Origin: Octopus vulgaris
Taxonomy: Eukaryota
Direction of reading: 5' to 3'
NCBI GenBank assembly: GCA_951406725.2
Contig: OX597818.1
Location: 93,372,001-93,436,000 of the forward strand
DNA length: 64,000 bases
Below, piece by piece: positions 37,695 through 50,165 of this stretch. The notes beneath the pieces were generated by a model. That model was not told the DNA's origin. It searched no databases and saw only the letters and a program-made list of their open reading frames with translations. The position numbers and the translations under genes were made by a program. Position 1 is the first letter of the stretch. Each line of letters starts with the position of its first letter.

Positions 37695-40600
37695 CATGGG
37701 CATATGAAGCTGGTGGGGCAGCATGCAACTGTCCTCACAAATTAGTTCAAAATTAGAGGGAAAATTTGGGCAAAGCAAGAAGAAAAATCATACACAGAAG
37801 CCAAAAAATTAACAAATGAACCATGATTGGCAAATCAGTTGCCAGTTAATTGTTCAAAAAAATGCTCAATAATCTTCTATTTTCTTCTTGCTTCCATTAT
37901 TGTGGCATGCTGGGCACCACCTTGAAGTGTTTAGTCAAACAAATTGACCCCAGTGCATGTTTTTAAGTCTGATACTTATTCTAATAGTGCCTTTTGCTGA
38001 TCCGCTAAGTTATGTGGGTGTAAATAAACCAACACCAGTTGTCAGGTGGTGGTGATGGTGCACACGCGCACACACACACACACAGAGTTTATGCCTCCCA
38101 AATTCAACTTGCAAAATATTGGTTGATTTATGACTATGGTTGACGACACTTGCCCAAAGTGCCATGCAGTGGGACTGAACCTGAAACCATGTGGTTGCAA
38201 GAACCTCTTAATAATAAATGTCATGCAATCTTTTTAAACTTGTTTTTTTTTTAGTAAAGAAATTAACTTATCCCTCTTTTTCTCTGAGTTGGTCTCTTTA
38301 TTGCACTTCACTCTAGTCTCATTTTCAGTTATTATATAAAATCCCAAAGGTTTTCATTCTTTCTGTACTTTGTAATAATATTTGTATGACATCTGGGAAA
38401 AGGAAGCCAAACATACTCATTATCAAATCTGTTTATTGAATCGTCAATCAGTAATATATGGGCTGCTCTTACCAGTGCCAGTTGTATTCTTGTCAGACAC
38501 TAAATTAAAGTTCTGTATGCTAAATCTCACCCTGGGAAAAACATGCAAACCATCTTATCATAACATAAAATGTGCAGAATGTGACAAGCAAATAGACTCT
38601 TGATTGCGAAGAAAAACATGCTACGATTTTTCATGCCTGTCAAAATGTAGCTTTTACATCAGTGCCATCATCACCACCAAAAGAAAAAAAAAAAAAGAAC
38701 TGGAAGAGATAATACTGAATGTACATATTTAAGAAAGAAAAAAAAAAATTCAACACTAAATGTTTTAAAGAAGAAACAAGTTAATAGTAAAAGTGATATA
38801 TCCATAACCCACACAACTTTTCTAAGTGTCTCCAAGAACAACTTTGTTGATAGCAAACATGAGGATATTATCTATGAAAAAAAAAGTCTGACTCCTTCAA
38901 ATATGAAAATATTTCAAGTGACAGAAACAACAAATGAATATGAGCTGTGAATCTTTACTGTTTCTGCTGAATGATGTCACTGAAACCTCAGGCCAAGTCA
39001 GATAATTTCAACACTATCATAAACCAGATACTTGTTAAAGAATTTAGTTTTTAGTGATAGACTTCAAGAATGAATGGTTAAAATTTTCTATTTGGTCTAT
39101 CTTATGACATTGACAAATTCAACTGGTTTTTGTGTTGTCCTTGTAAAGTGTTGATATATACACACATACAGCAATACTAACTTTTGAATACTGGTAAAAG
39201 ACGAGCCTGATTACAAAGCAAGAGAAAAGTGTTTGTCATTAGCTGGCCTTTATTAGGTTATCAGCAAAAGCAAAGCACAAAGCATTGATATTAGATCAAG
39301 TAAATACTGTAAGCAAATGGCAAATAACACAGAACTGAAACTACTTGAAAATTATTATCAAAACTCTCCTGTTCTCTAACAAAACCTAGCTCAGCAAGGT
39401 CATGCAGAGGACTTTGGTTAACATAGGTAAAGTTTGGTATTACCTGTAGTAACTTTTTGAAATTTCTACATCATCAATTCAAGAATATTCCTTGGTTGAG
39501 AGGAAACTGAAAATTCACTTAGATATATATATATATGCAGTAGAACTTACTTAACATTTAAACCAAAATCCTTGATATCATAGCTTCTGTTGTTTTAGGC
39601 ATCGTAGCAAAATGGTTTGAAAAAGTGTTCAGAATGTTCCATTATCATTGAGGAAATATTAGATACCAACAAAATTGAGCAAGTCACAATATACCCTGAA
39701 ATTCATTGATGAAGGAGTAATCATGGAGTCTTTCATTGAATTTTATGCAACCCCTCCTACTGAAGGCTGTTCTCTAGGAGTTAGTCAAAAATGTATTCTG
39801 TGAGCTGAGATTGAAACTTGGCAAAATTGTTGCAGACTATTTTGATAGTACAGTAAATATTAGCAGTGTTCATTGAGGTATAGCAACAAGAATAAAAGAA
39901 TTATTCCCCACTGTGTCCATTGTTTGGGCAACTCAAATCTTTCTATCCAAGATACACTGACAGATACTGAACCACTTTTCAATATCTTAGGAACTCTTTA
40001 GAGCCTCTGCAACAATGTGGTAGTATAGTTACTTTATATTATAAAGATATTACTTGACAAATGATCAAGACCCTATGACATAAATAACAGTGCATTATTC
40101 AATGCCATATATGATTTTTAACTCTTTTTAAAATTCATTTTCATGAAAATAAAGCTACCAAAAAACAGTCTCATAAAATTCCCACAGGGAAACAAGAACT
40201 AGGTGTTATAAACACCAGGACAGCTCTAGCATTTAAGGAAACTCTAACTGCAGAAATTAAGGAAATTGAAAGTGTTTGCTGAAAAGTTAGGTGAATCTAT
40301 GGAAGAAATCATCCAAAGTACAAGATTTTTGTTGAAGAATCAAATGTTCCACAGAGATTGTATCACATTGATTACTTCACCAAGAGAAGTATCACTGGAT
40401 CAAAACTGTCATCTCATATCCACTCATAATTTCAGTTATTGTGGAAACGGATATGGGATTTAATGATAATGACTATGATATTCTTTGTGCATTCAGCTCT
40501 ATTATCCTGTTTTCATGCATTAGATGACTCGGATAAGCACTATCAACTTGTCAGATGAAGGTGTTGATCTGGATATCCTAAAGATAGCTGAGGTAATTCA

Positions 40601-40860
40601 CATAATCTCGTGACCATATCTATCCATCAGATTTATAAGCATTTACACATGATGGTGTTGAAACTATTTACAAGAACAGACTTCATGGTATACTATCAGT
40701 GTTGAACAAAATCACTGGTCTATCTGCTATCGATCCTGCCACATCATGTTCTGTAGAGTGCTTTTTTTAGTGACCTCAGACAAATGGCATAACTGAGGGG
40801 CACAATGGGTCATGTGTGACTAAACTCTGGCAAAACTGAATAACAACTACCTTACAAGCT
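37695..40860 (+). mobile_element. Fossil hAT DNA transposon (ZMYM1/DUF4371-type transposase, heavily degenerate)
   Basis: Fragmented + strand motifs in the expected order: QNLAQQGHAE (about 39380), SIIIEEILDTNKIEQV (about 39640), YFDSTVNISSVH*GIATRIKE and VHCL (39840-39925), and hATC-like PATSCSVECFFSDLRQ..LRGTMG (40735-40810). The left terminus catgggc...ggggcag...aaaatttgggcaaa is tentative. Confidence 0.75.
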
Positions 40861-43577
40861 TGGCTTTTCAATACTTAATAGATAATCATTAGCTGTTACT
40901 AAATTTATCACCTTACTGAAGATAGAGTCTTAGTCTTTCTTTGTTCTACATTCGTAACAACAATATCTTAGTTTTTTGGGGTTTTTTTATGTTAGAAGAT
41001 ATAGACATTCTGAAATATGTTCTATATATTCTAGTGAATGACATTGCTTTCAATTTCAATTGTCAAATTCTCAACAGGAAAGAACCAAAATGGGATCAAA
41101 TGAATACAGTGCTAACCACTTTTATTTTATTTTATTTATTTATTGAATGGCTGTATTTATTTCTAACATTTTATTTGTTATTTTTGGATATATTAATATA
41201 TATATGAACTCTTAACTCCCGGATAAGAAGAGGAAATTCAGTTTTTTAACTCCTGATAGAATAATTACACACCCTTCCCATTAATGGTAACTTTCTACTT
41301 GAATCTAATCTCAACAGTGTGATCACGAACACTTACATCAGAATTGTTCTTTGCATGTGTGATTCTGTGTGTGTGTGTGTAATATGGAGGGAAAATGTCT
41401 TATGTCCAAGGGAATTAATGATTGTTTCCATTAGTATAAAAAAAAAAGAAATTTAAAAAGCATTTGATAAAATTTGTGTGTTGGAAAGAAAAGCGATATT
41501 TATTTCTCTTTCACCTTTTACTTGTTTTAGCCATTGGACTATGGCCATGTTGAAGCACTGCCTTGAAGGGTTTTAGACAAACAAATTAACCCCAGTACTT
41601 TTTTTTAAAAGTCTGCTGTTTATGCTGTCGTTCTCTTCTGCCAAATCACCGCTAAATTATAGGGATGTAAACAAACCAACCCTAGCTATCTAGCAGTGGT
41701 AGGACAAACACAGACAGAAAGACACCTGCATAAATACGTACACACAAACAACAGGCTTCTACTCAGTTTCCATCTACCAAATTCACTCATAAGGCATTAG
41801 TAAACCTGGGGTTATAGTAGAAGACACTTGCCCAATGTGCTGCACAATGGGACTGAACCCAAAACCATGTGAATGAAAAGTAAGCTTCTTAACCATGTCT
41901 ATTTGTTTCTTTATCTTTCCTTTTGGTAGGCAGTGATGTTTCACAACCATCGACAGCTTACATGTTTTCTGAATGTATCTTTATCCTCTATTACTAAAGT
42001 GTGATTCTTAATCAATTAAGCTGAGCTGTTGTTGAAGCCAGACCAAGTAGTAAGTTATCATAATTATGTTATTATGACCAAGTGAACTCAATGTTTTACT
42101 GACTCACGTTGACACATTGTAAACCCTGTCTTTGTTCCATTAGTCACCACTAATAAAGATCAGCTGAGACATATTGAATCAAGCTTTTGTGTTCCATTAG
42201 AGTTACAATATAAGCGGGTAGTTCATAATCTAATTTCATGGCACACTCGAGATCAAACAAAGCAATGACTAGTGCACTTTGTGTGGAAATTTAAAGAATT
42301 GTTTTTGAAGTTAAAGTTTTAGAGGTAAAATGTGTAGAAAAGTATTGGCTGTCTTGTTTTATTTATGATATTTCTTTTAGTTAGTGTCAGCCATCACCCA
42401 CAAATGAGTTGGCTTGGTAGCATGTACCATGCTTTCACTAATAATTTTAGGTATTTAGGTAGTCACAAACAGACATAGAGACCGTCTCAACTCTGCCACC
42501 CAGCAACATTTCCAGAATGTGACAGCTGGAGGAAGAGAGGGATCTGCACCAGTGTTCAGATGTTACTCATTTGCAGCTGAATAGACAGGAAAAAACATGA
42601 AATGAAGGGCCTTGTTCAAGGACTTAATGCACTACCTAGTCCAGGAATTGAACCCACAACCACTAGATCATATGCTTTCACTCAAAACACTTCTAGCAAA
42701 ATTATGAATAGCATGCTTTTCAAGACAATTAATTGTGCAATAATATGGATCTTTTAAAATCTTTAAATTATGATTTTGAAACTCCACAGCTTTTATAACA
42801 CACTATAAATGTGTTTTATCTGAGTCTTTGAAAAGCAAGTAGAAATTTGTTTTAAATTTCAACAGAATTAGGGTGGACAGATTAACAAATAGGAAGAATA
42901 TCTAAACATGGATCTTAGTTCATTGTATAATTGGGATGGAAAGAATTAAAACTAAAAAATTGTAATAGTCTGTGTTTAAAAGTATCATAAAGGCTCCATT
43001 GAAATATTATTCAGAAAATACTGTTACATTTCAGTCAAACAGGTGTTGTAAGTTAGTGAATAGTAAACTTAATCAGATGTGTCATCTCCAAAATATTAGC
43101 TCTGTAACCTGCCAAAAGAAACTACTATTCCTCATGCGTTGTTATGCTTTCTCAAGATATTGCTTGCAATAATTTCTCACAAGAATATAATTCAGAATCC
43201 AGAAAGAAATGGATAAAAAAATTTTTTTTTTTTTTTGGTGACAATGTGAGGCAATTTAGATAATTAGTATTGTTATATCAATAATGATGGTGAATGTTTA
43301 ACTTAGTACTTTCATTCACTTTGTTTACTAACAATAATGCAATTGTAATTATCATAGTTCCTTTCTTTCTGCCCAGTCATTTTACTAAGACATCACTAAG
43401 TTCTTTTAACATCAAAGGTTTTTTTTTTTTCCTAAGGTATCTTATTGTTGTAACAATGTCAGCCAGCTCATAATATTTTCTAGTTATCCTACTTTTAAAT
43501 CTATATTTCAGAGTAGCTTCCAAAATTTTTATCCTTACTAATGAGCTGCTGTAAACATCAATTATCCACCAAAGAGC

Positions 43578-44021
43578 TTAACCTTTTCATCAACATATTT
43601 CTTTTGAAATACACAGTTTATTTTAATCAAGTTTGAAAATATGAAGAATTTAGTAAAATAACTGTCATGTCAAGTTGGCATTTGAAACCTAAATTAATAT
43701 GAAATTTTGATGGAAGGTTTTAAATCTAGGTCACTTTAACACTTTAGCATTTAAACTGGCCATATCCTGCTAAAATATTCTACCTATTTTATGTTCAAAC
43801 TGGTCATATCTGGCCTCTCACATCTATCCTACAATGTCATTTTTAAAATAATTACTTCATTGAAATCCTAAAGCTACAAGATAATGCATGATTAATTCCA
43901 AAATAGTGAATAAACAAACATTATGCTTGACAAAGTTACCTGAATACTAAAGGGTGAAAATAGGAATTGTGCATCATAGAACCAAGTGCAGTAGCAGGTA
44001 GATTATCATCAAAAGGTTTAA
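43578..44021. mobile_element. piggyBac-like MITE family A containing a nested family B MITE (43736-43958)
   Basis: Outer ends TTAACCTTTTC ... AAAAGGTTTAA. Inner ends TTAACACTTTAGCATTTAAA ... GAATACTAAAGGGTGAA. Confidence 0.75.
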
Positions 44022-44319
44022 GGCACATATGCCCTGATAATAAACTTGATTGATTTCTGTAGCACATATTTAGCTTTCTCTTGTATTACAAAAAAAAAAA
44101 TAAAATTGCACAATGCTCATTGGTGGATCTGAATTCAGCTGTAAATGCTAATGAAGCTCTCCTCAGTTTTACTGTGAGGCTAAGTAAATTGAGTGAAATA
44201 GGGTTTAATCCTTGATCAGACCTAATTAAACTTACTTATGGTCAAAAACATTCTTGCCTTGATTATCCCATCTTTTATTGTACATCAAGGACTACATCAT
44301 CCAATGTGTCCTACCTGTT

Positions 44320-44530
44320 TTAACCCTTTTGTCACCATATTTCAGTTGAGATGCTCAATTTTAAATATAACAATGAATTTAGTAAAATAATTTAGTTATC
44401 ATTAAGCTAGTGTCAAGAACATGAATTGTGACTAAGGTTTGGAAGATTTTGATACAGAAGTTTTGAAAACAAGACATTTGTACTACAGATCCAGAGGCAG
44501 TTTCGGGTGGGTTGGTATCTAAAGGGTTAA
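44320..44530. mobile_element. piggyBac-like MITE family A, complete
   Basis: TTAA-CCCTTT ... AAAGGG-TTAA, inserted into a family D repeat. Confidence 0.8.
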
Positions 44531-44742
44531 GAGGATAGAATGTGATTTGAAGGAATATGGCTGTTATTACTAGCAAATTGATTGACCAAATAGATGCTCT
44601 CTCATTTTTTGGCTTAAGTGCCTTGACTATAGACACAGCATTCTGTGTTGACTTAGAAAATTTTAAACTAGCAAGCAACTCCTTAATCTAACTAGCTCTA
44701 TTTTTAGGCAATGTTCTATCATCACATCACTTTATACCTGAC

Positions 44743-44888
44743 TCAGTACTCTGCCTATCACTATTGTACAACTAAATCAATATTCTGTCTATCACTACTC
44801 TACAACTGAGTCAGTATTCAGTCGAGTACAACTCTACAACTGTCAGTATGCTGTCTGTTACAAATCTGCTCTCAAGTCAGTATTCTGT
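44743..44888. repeat. Degenerate 34-bp minisatellite, about 4.3 copies
   Basis: Unit approximately TCAGTATTCTGTCTATCACTACTCTACAACTGAG. Confidence 0.75.
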
Positions 44889-45055
44889 TGAATAGAACTT
44901 CCTATTTTCAGTAAGTGTACACAAGGGTTTACTTTGTAAGGCTGGTTTCTTACCAGCAACCTCCCAAACATTTCCAGACTCTGCTTTCACTTTTAATATC
45001 TCAATTATTGTTCAGTCATCAATATTAAGGTATATGGAATATAAAACTGAATATA

Positions 45056-45839
45056 CAGGGTCTGATCAATAAGTATCCGGACTATTGTCATGGTAATGAA
45101 GCTAAAGCATGCAGAATGAAGCCGTTTGGCACAGACTGACCTTGAACTCTGCTGTGCATTTGCACTAAGTTTTATTATTCTTGCTTGCTTCTGCTGTTTA
45201 CAGCAGTGCTTGGAAGGAAGGTGTATAGTGTGTGATTGTTGCATTAACCGTGACAGAGAAAGTTGAGCAGAGAATCTGCATGAAATTTTGGCAAAAGCTT
45301 GGCAATACCTGCTCAGAGGCCTGCACAAAGTATTCAAAAGGTTTTCATCATTCTCAACACATTCAAGGAGATCTTGTGCAACTGAAAACCCAAGTGCCTT
45401 TTTGGTCAGCTGAAAGCAGAAGTTAAAGAATAAATCATGCTGCATGCACATCTGCAATGTTTTTCTCATTTCTGTCGGTTGCAGGTCTCCCAGAACGTCC
45501 GTTAATATCGACATTTTTTAGCCATCATGGAAACATCTGAACCACTCGTACACTTGTGTGCAGCTCATACACTCCTCTCCATAAGCTTTCTGTAACTTTA
45601 CATAAGTCTCTGAGCGGGTATCACCATGACAGCTTTCTCTGTCATGGTCAATGCGACAATCAAACACTACACACCTTCCTTCCAAGCACTGCTGTAAACA
45701 GCAGAAGTGAGCTAGAACATTAAAACTTAGTGCACATGCGCAGCAGAGTTCAAGGTCAATCATTGCCAAGCAGCTTCACTCTGTGTGCTTTAGCTTCGTT
45801 ACTATGGCAACAGTCCAGATACTTATTGATCAGACCTCA
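45056..45839. mobile_element. Mariner derivative made of two inverted 5' ends
   Basis: TA-flanked TIR CAGGGTCTGATCAATAAGTATCCGGACT. Transposase N-terminus on both strands (TEKVEQRICMKF.QKLG on +; SETYVKLQKAYGEECMSCTQVYEWFRCFHDG on -). Confidence 0.9.
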
Positions 45840-46038
45840 TATTAACAATATTAAAAAAAAAAACTTGTTTAGTCTATTGGTTACAAATTAGTAGTATTTT
45901 CTTGTAACTTTCAAATTTACTGCATATCTCCTTTTTCTTTCTGGTTAAATCTTGTTTTAAAATATTTTTTGCTAATATCTTCTCTTTTTTTTATACCATA
46001 TGGTTAGAGAAGTAAAATTAATTTTACTATTACACATA

Positions 46039-46426
46039 AGGAGTGGCTGTGTGGTAAGTAGCTTGCTTACCAACCACATGGTTCCGGGTTCAGTCACACT
46101 GCATCGCACCTTGGGCAAGTGTCTTCTACTATAGCCTCGGGCCAACCAAAGCCTTGTGAGTGGATTTGGTAGACAGAAACTGAAAGAAGCCCGTCGTGTA
46201 TATGTATATATATATGTGTGTTTGTGTGTCTGTGTTTGTCCCCCCAACATCGCTTGACAACCGATGCTGGCGTGTTTACGTCCCTCGTAACTTAGCGGTT
46301 CGGTAAAAGAGACCAATAGAATAAGTACTAGGCTTACAAAGAATAAGTCCTGGGGTCGATTTGCTCAACTAAAGGCAGTGCTCCAGCATGGCCACAGTCA
46401 AACGACTGAAACAAGTAAAGAGTAAA
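46039..46426 (+). mobile_element. tRNA-derived SINE family A1, best-preserved copy (resembles octopus OK/OR-type SINEs)
   Basis: A-box TGGCTGTGTGG (46044-46054), B-box GGTTCAGTC (46087-46095), CORE-like CCTTGGGCAAGT, internal (TA/TG)n and a repeated AGTAAA tail. CpGs are retained. Confidence 0.88.
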
Positions 46427-48933
46427 CTCAATGGGAAGATTACTTCTGTTTTTGTTTTGCAACTGTATATTGCACTCATTTTGGATGTATTTATCAGTGA
46501 ACATTTTTTTTGATGTGCATCCATTTTTGGCTATATCATCATTCACACACACACATACACACACACATCTTGAATAATTGGGACAACAATCAATTAATGA
46601 TGACATAGCCAAAAGTGGATACTTATCTTAAAAGAATAAATGTTTACTGATAAACATAATATATATATAAAATCATTGTATGCTGGCATGAATTGGATGG
46701 CCAATGAACCAGAGGGCTTCACTAAGCTCCAACATACATACATTCATGTATACACATACATATTGTGTATATACATTTAGTGGTCCAAATGGCTGAAACC
46801 AGAAAAATAGTAATTTGTAAATAATCAGGGTTTATTGTGTAGGTAGTTGAGTGAAGGATCTAATTATAATTCATGTTTTAAATTGTTATTTTTGGCATAT
46901 TTCTTTGTTTCTGAAGTAGAAGTCCAGTAGAAGTGGAGGTATGATACCAGCATGTCAACAAAATCACTTGATTATAAACAGCAGCCTATCATTATGCGAA
47001 AGTTGTTATAAATATAACCTTTTTATTTTTTTTATATATTTTCTCTAATCTTTCAAGTGTCCTCACCTAACCAGTCTGCCCTCCTCCACTAGTCTTTCCC
47101 CACCCTTGGCAATTTTGTTGTTGAGTGTCTTTAGTCTTTTGACATTATCATTCAGTCAAAAGGTTGGTGATTACATTGGGAGTAGAGGAAGTAGTACACA
47201 ATATCCAAAAGAGGGCTGTAAAAATATGTTTACATGTAATGGATGTCAGCCATCTTTATGGTCACCATTTGTTGTGGCTGCTAGATAAATCACCCTCCCT
47301 GCTGCCCCTTGGCCAAGAAAACAATCTAAATTGTCAAGTCACTAGGTTCTACTACAGTAGTGTTGATACCTTGTGATTTAATGTGATGGTGGGGTTGGGG
47401 CTTAGTGCTACAGGAGTTTGTAGGAGGTGGGGCATAGACAGGGGGACAGGATAATTTGATTTATTCTTTAACTTCTAAAAACAACTTCTGTTATTGCTAT
47501 TGTTTTTTTTATGGAATTTTGTGTCTACATGTGCATCTGTGTGTGTGTGTGTGTGTATAGGTACAGACATAGCTGCAAAAGAACTTTGCTTCCGAAACAT
47601 ATAGTTCTGGGTTCAGTCCCACTGCATGACACCTTGAGCAAGTGTCTTCTACTATAGCCCTTGGCCAACCAAAGCCTTGTGCATGGATTTGGGAAAGGGA
47701 AACTGAAAGAAGCCATGCATGTGTTTGTTTGTCCCACCACCACTTGACTACTGGGGTTGGTTTAAGCACCCGTAACTTAGTGGTTCAGAAAAAGAGACAG
47801 AATAAGCACCAGGCTTTTAAAAGATAAATACTTGGGTAATTCGTTTGACTGAAACCCCTTGAGGTAAGTGCCCCAGCATGGCCCGAGGCCAATGACTGAC
47901 ACACATGAAAGATATGTATTGCAAGATTCTTGATGTGAAATTGTTGAAACAGATGTAGTATCTTGGGAGGGTCATTTAGCCAATAAAATTCTACACACTA
48001 ATCTTATTTTGCTCCTTTTTATGAACTGGCAGAATTATTAGTACCTTTCATTCCTCTAGGGGCTCAATGAAAAAAAAGTACCTGTCAAGTACTGGGGTTG
48101 ATATAATCAACTAGCCTTCTCCCCACAAAATGACTGACCTTGTGTCAAAATTAGAATTATTTTTACTGAAGTAGTTAACCAATTAACTAATAAACTAATA
48201 AGTTGCACGGCTAGTTGTTTTATCAGTTGGTTTGTCAGTCTGTTTATCATAATTTGTGATACTCTGTGGTGGACCTGGAGCAAATTCTCATTGCATATCA
48301 TTGATGAGGTCACAAATGTTGATGCAAAAACTCTGACAAAGCAGCTGATTGATCAATTGAGCGAATGATTAGTCACACAGTTGCTTAGTTAGTAATTACC
48401 TTGTCAATTATTAGTGATTTCTTATTTAGGCTCAAGCTAGTAATATTGACGGAAGAAGGTTAGTTAAAACCATCAGCACCAGTACTTCATTGGTATTTTA
48501 TTTTATTGACCCAAGAGAGAGAAAAAGCAAAGTTGACCTTAGTAGGATTTGAACTTAATACAGAACGCTGAAAGAAATGCCACAAGGCATTTTTCCTCTT
48601 TCCCTAATGATTTTGTAAATTCTGGTTGATTAATAACAATAAACAAGTGAAATAACAGGATATCTGTGTGTGTGTATGTGTGTGTGAGAGAGAGAGATTC
48701 TGTATCAGCACGTGTTTGTATTCATAGACTCATCAATTTGAAGCATTCTATAGAGATGTTAAACATGTAGAAATGCATCTAAAGATTACAGCAAGGGGAC
48801 AGTAGTTCTTTTGGTTAGCACTGTGTGTATAGGGAGTGAGATGTGTACTCACATGCACAGGATATTTTATATATATATATATATATAACAAAATAAAGTT
48901 GTAAGGTACCGCACAAGTGGAAATATATATGAA

Positions 48934-49444
48934 AGAAGGTTTGAAAATGTAATTTTAAAGATGTTTATTCACTTAACCAGTTTTACTTTTTTAGAAAAAG
49001 ATTGTCAAAAGTAAAATGTAAAGCTTTGTTGTGTTAAGTACTGGTTGTTACAAAAGTATTAAAATACAGTTGTACATTCTTTGATAATAATAAGAAAATG
49101 TTAAAAACAGTTTACAAGAAAGTATTCAGCAAAAAGTATTATGAATTCAATAAAAATAATGTTTTGTTGTATATATATATATATACTACCGAACATTATT
49201 TTTATTGAATTCATAATACTTTTTGTTGAATACTTTCTTAAATACTTTCTTGTAAACTATTTTTAACATTTTCTTATTGCTATCAAAGAATGTATAAATG
49301 TATTTTAATACTTTTGTGACAACCAGTACTAAACACAACAAAGCTTATAGAAAGCTTTACATTTTACTTTTGACAATCTTTTTCTAAAAAAGTGAAACCG
49401 GTCAAGTGAATAAACATCTTTAAAATTGGATTTTCAAACCTTCT
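48934..49444. repeat. About 510-bp imperfect palindrome centred on (TA)n, with a decayed hammerhead-like motif (Penelope pLTR-like)
   Basis: The arms 48934-49168 and 49187-49444 are reverse complements apart from a few substitutions and two small duplications. Confidence 0.9.
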
Positions 49445-49772
49445 CTCTATGCATGCCACTATATTTTTTTTATATAACAGATACAAAAGTAGGACAAGAA
49501 CACAAAACATCCAGACAATTTTATGTATATCTATATCTATCTATCTATCTATCTATATATATATAAATTAAATTAAATTAAATTAGAGATAAAACCACTA
49601 TTAGGCAACTCAATCTAATTTTTCCCTGTAAGTTTGAATATACTCCCTAATATTATTATTATTATATATATATATATATATATAAAAGAGCTTAAGTACC
49701 ACATTTATCTGAATCAAAATTTTTGCTGAACTCATCTACCATACCCAAAGTGTGTCTGTGTTTATATATAAA

Positions 49773-50165
49773 CTAGCAGTATCTCCCGGCGTTGCTCGGG
49801 TTTGTAAGGGAAATAACTATATAAGCATTTTTAGAGATGTAAAGTATAATAGCCATCTCAATATGGCTAACCACAAAGGGGGTGTTACTGTAGCTTTTTA
49901 CGTTCTGAGATTTAATAATACATTTTTAGAGAGTTACTTCCCTTATATAATAGCAAAAAATGCATTAAAAATGGAAAAAAATTATGGTAAATTTTTTTTA
50001 AAATCGTAGACTCATCGTAGATGCATGCTCATACCCAGAAGGGCTCGATATGAATCACAACTACAAGATACCCACTTTTGGTTACACTGCTCCGCAAAAT
50101 GTGGGAGTAGTTAGGAATCTAAATCGTAGGAGACAGACACACAACTTCACTTTTATATATAAAGA
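49773..50165 (-). mobile_element. Non-autonomous Helitron, complete (393 bp)
   Basis: Minus strand reads A|TCTTTATATATAAAAG ... CCCGAGCAACGCCGGG hairpin-AGATACTG-CTAG|T. This gives the canonical TC...CTAG ends, an A|T target and no TSD. Confidence 0.9.
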
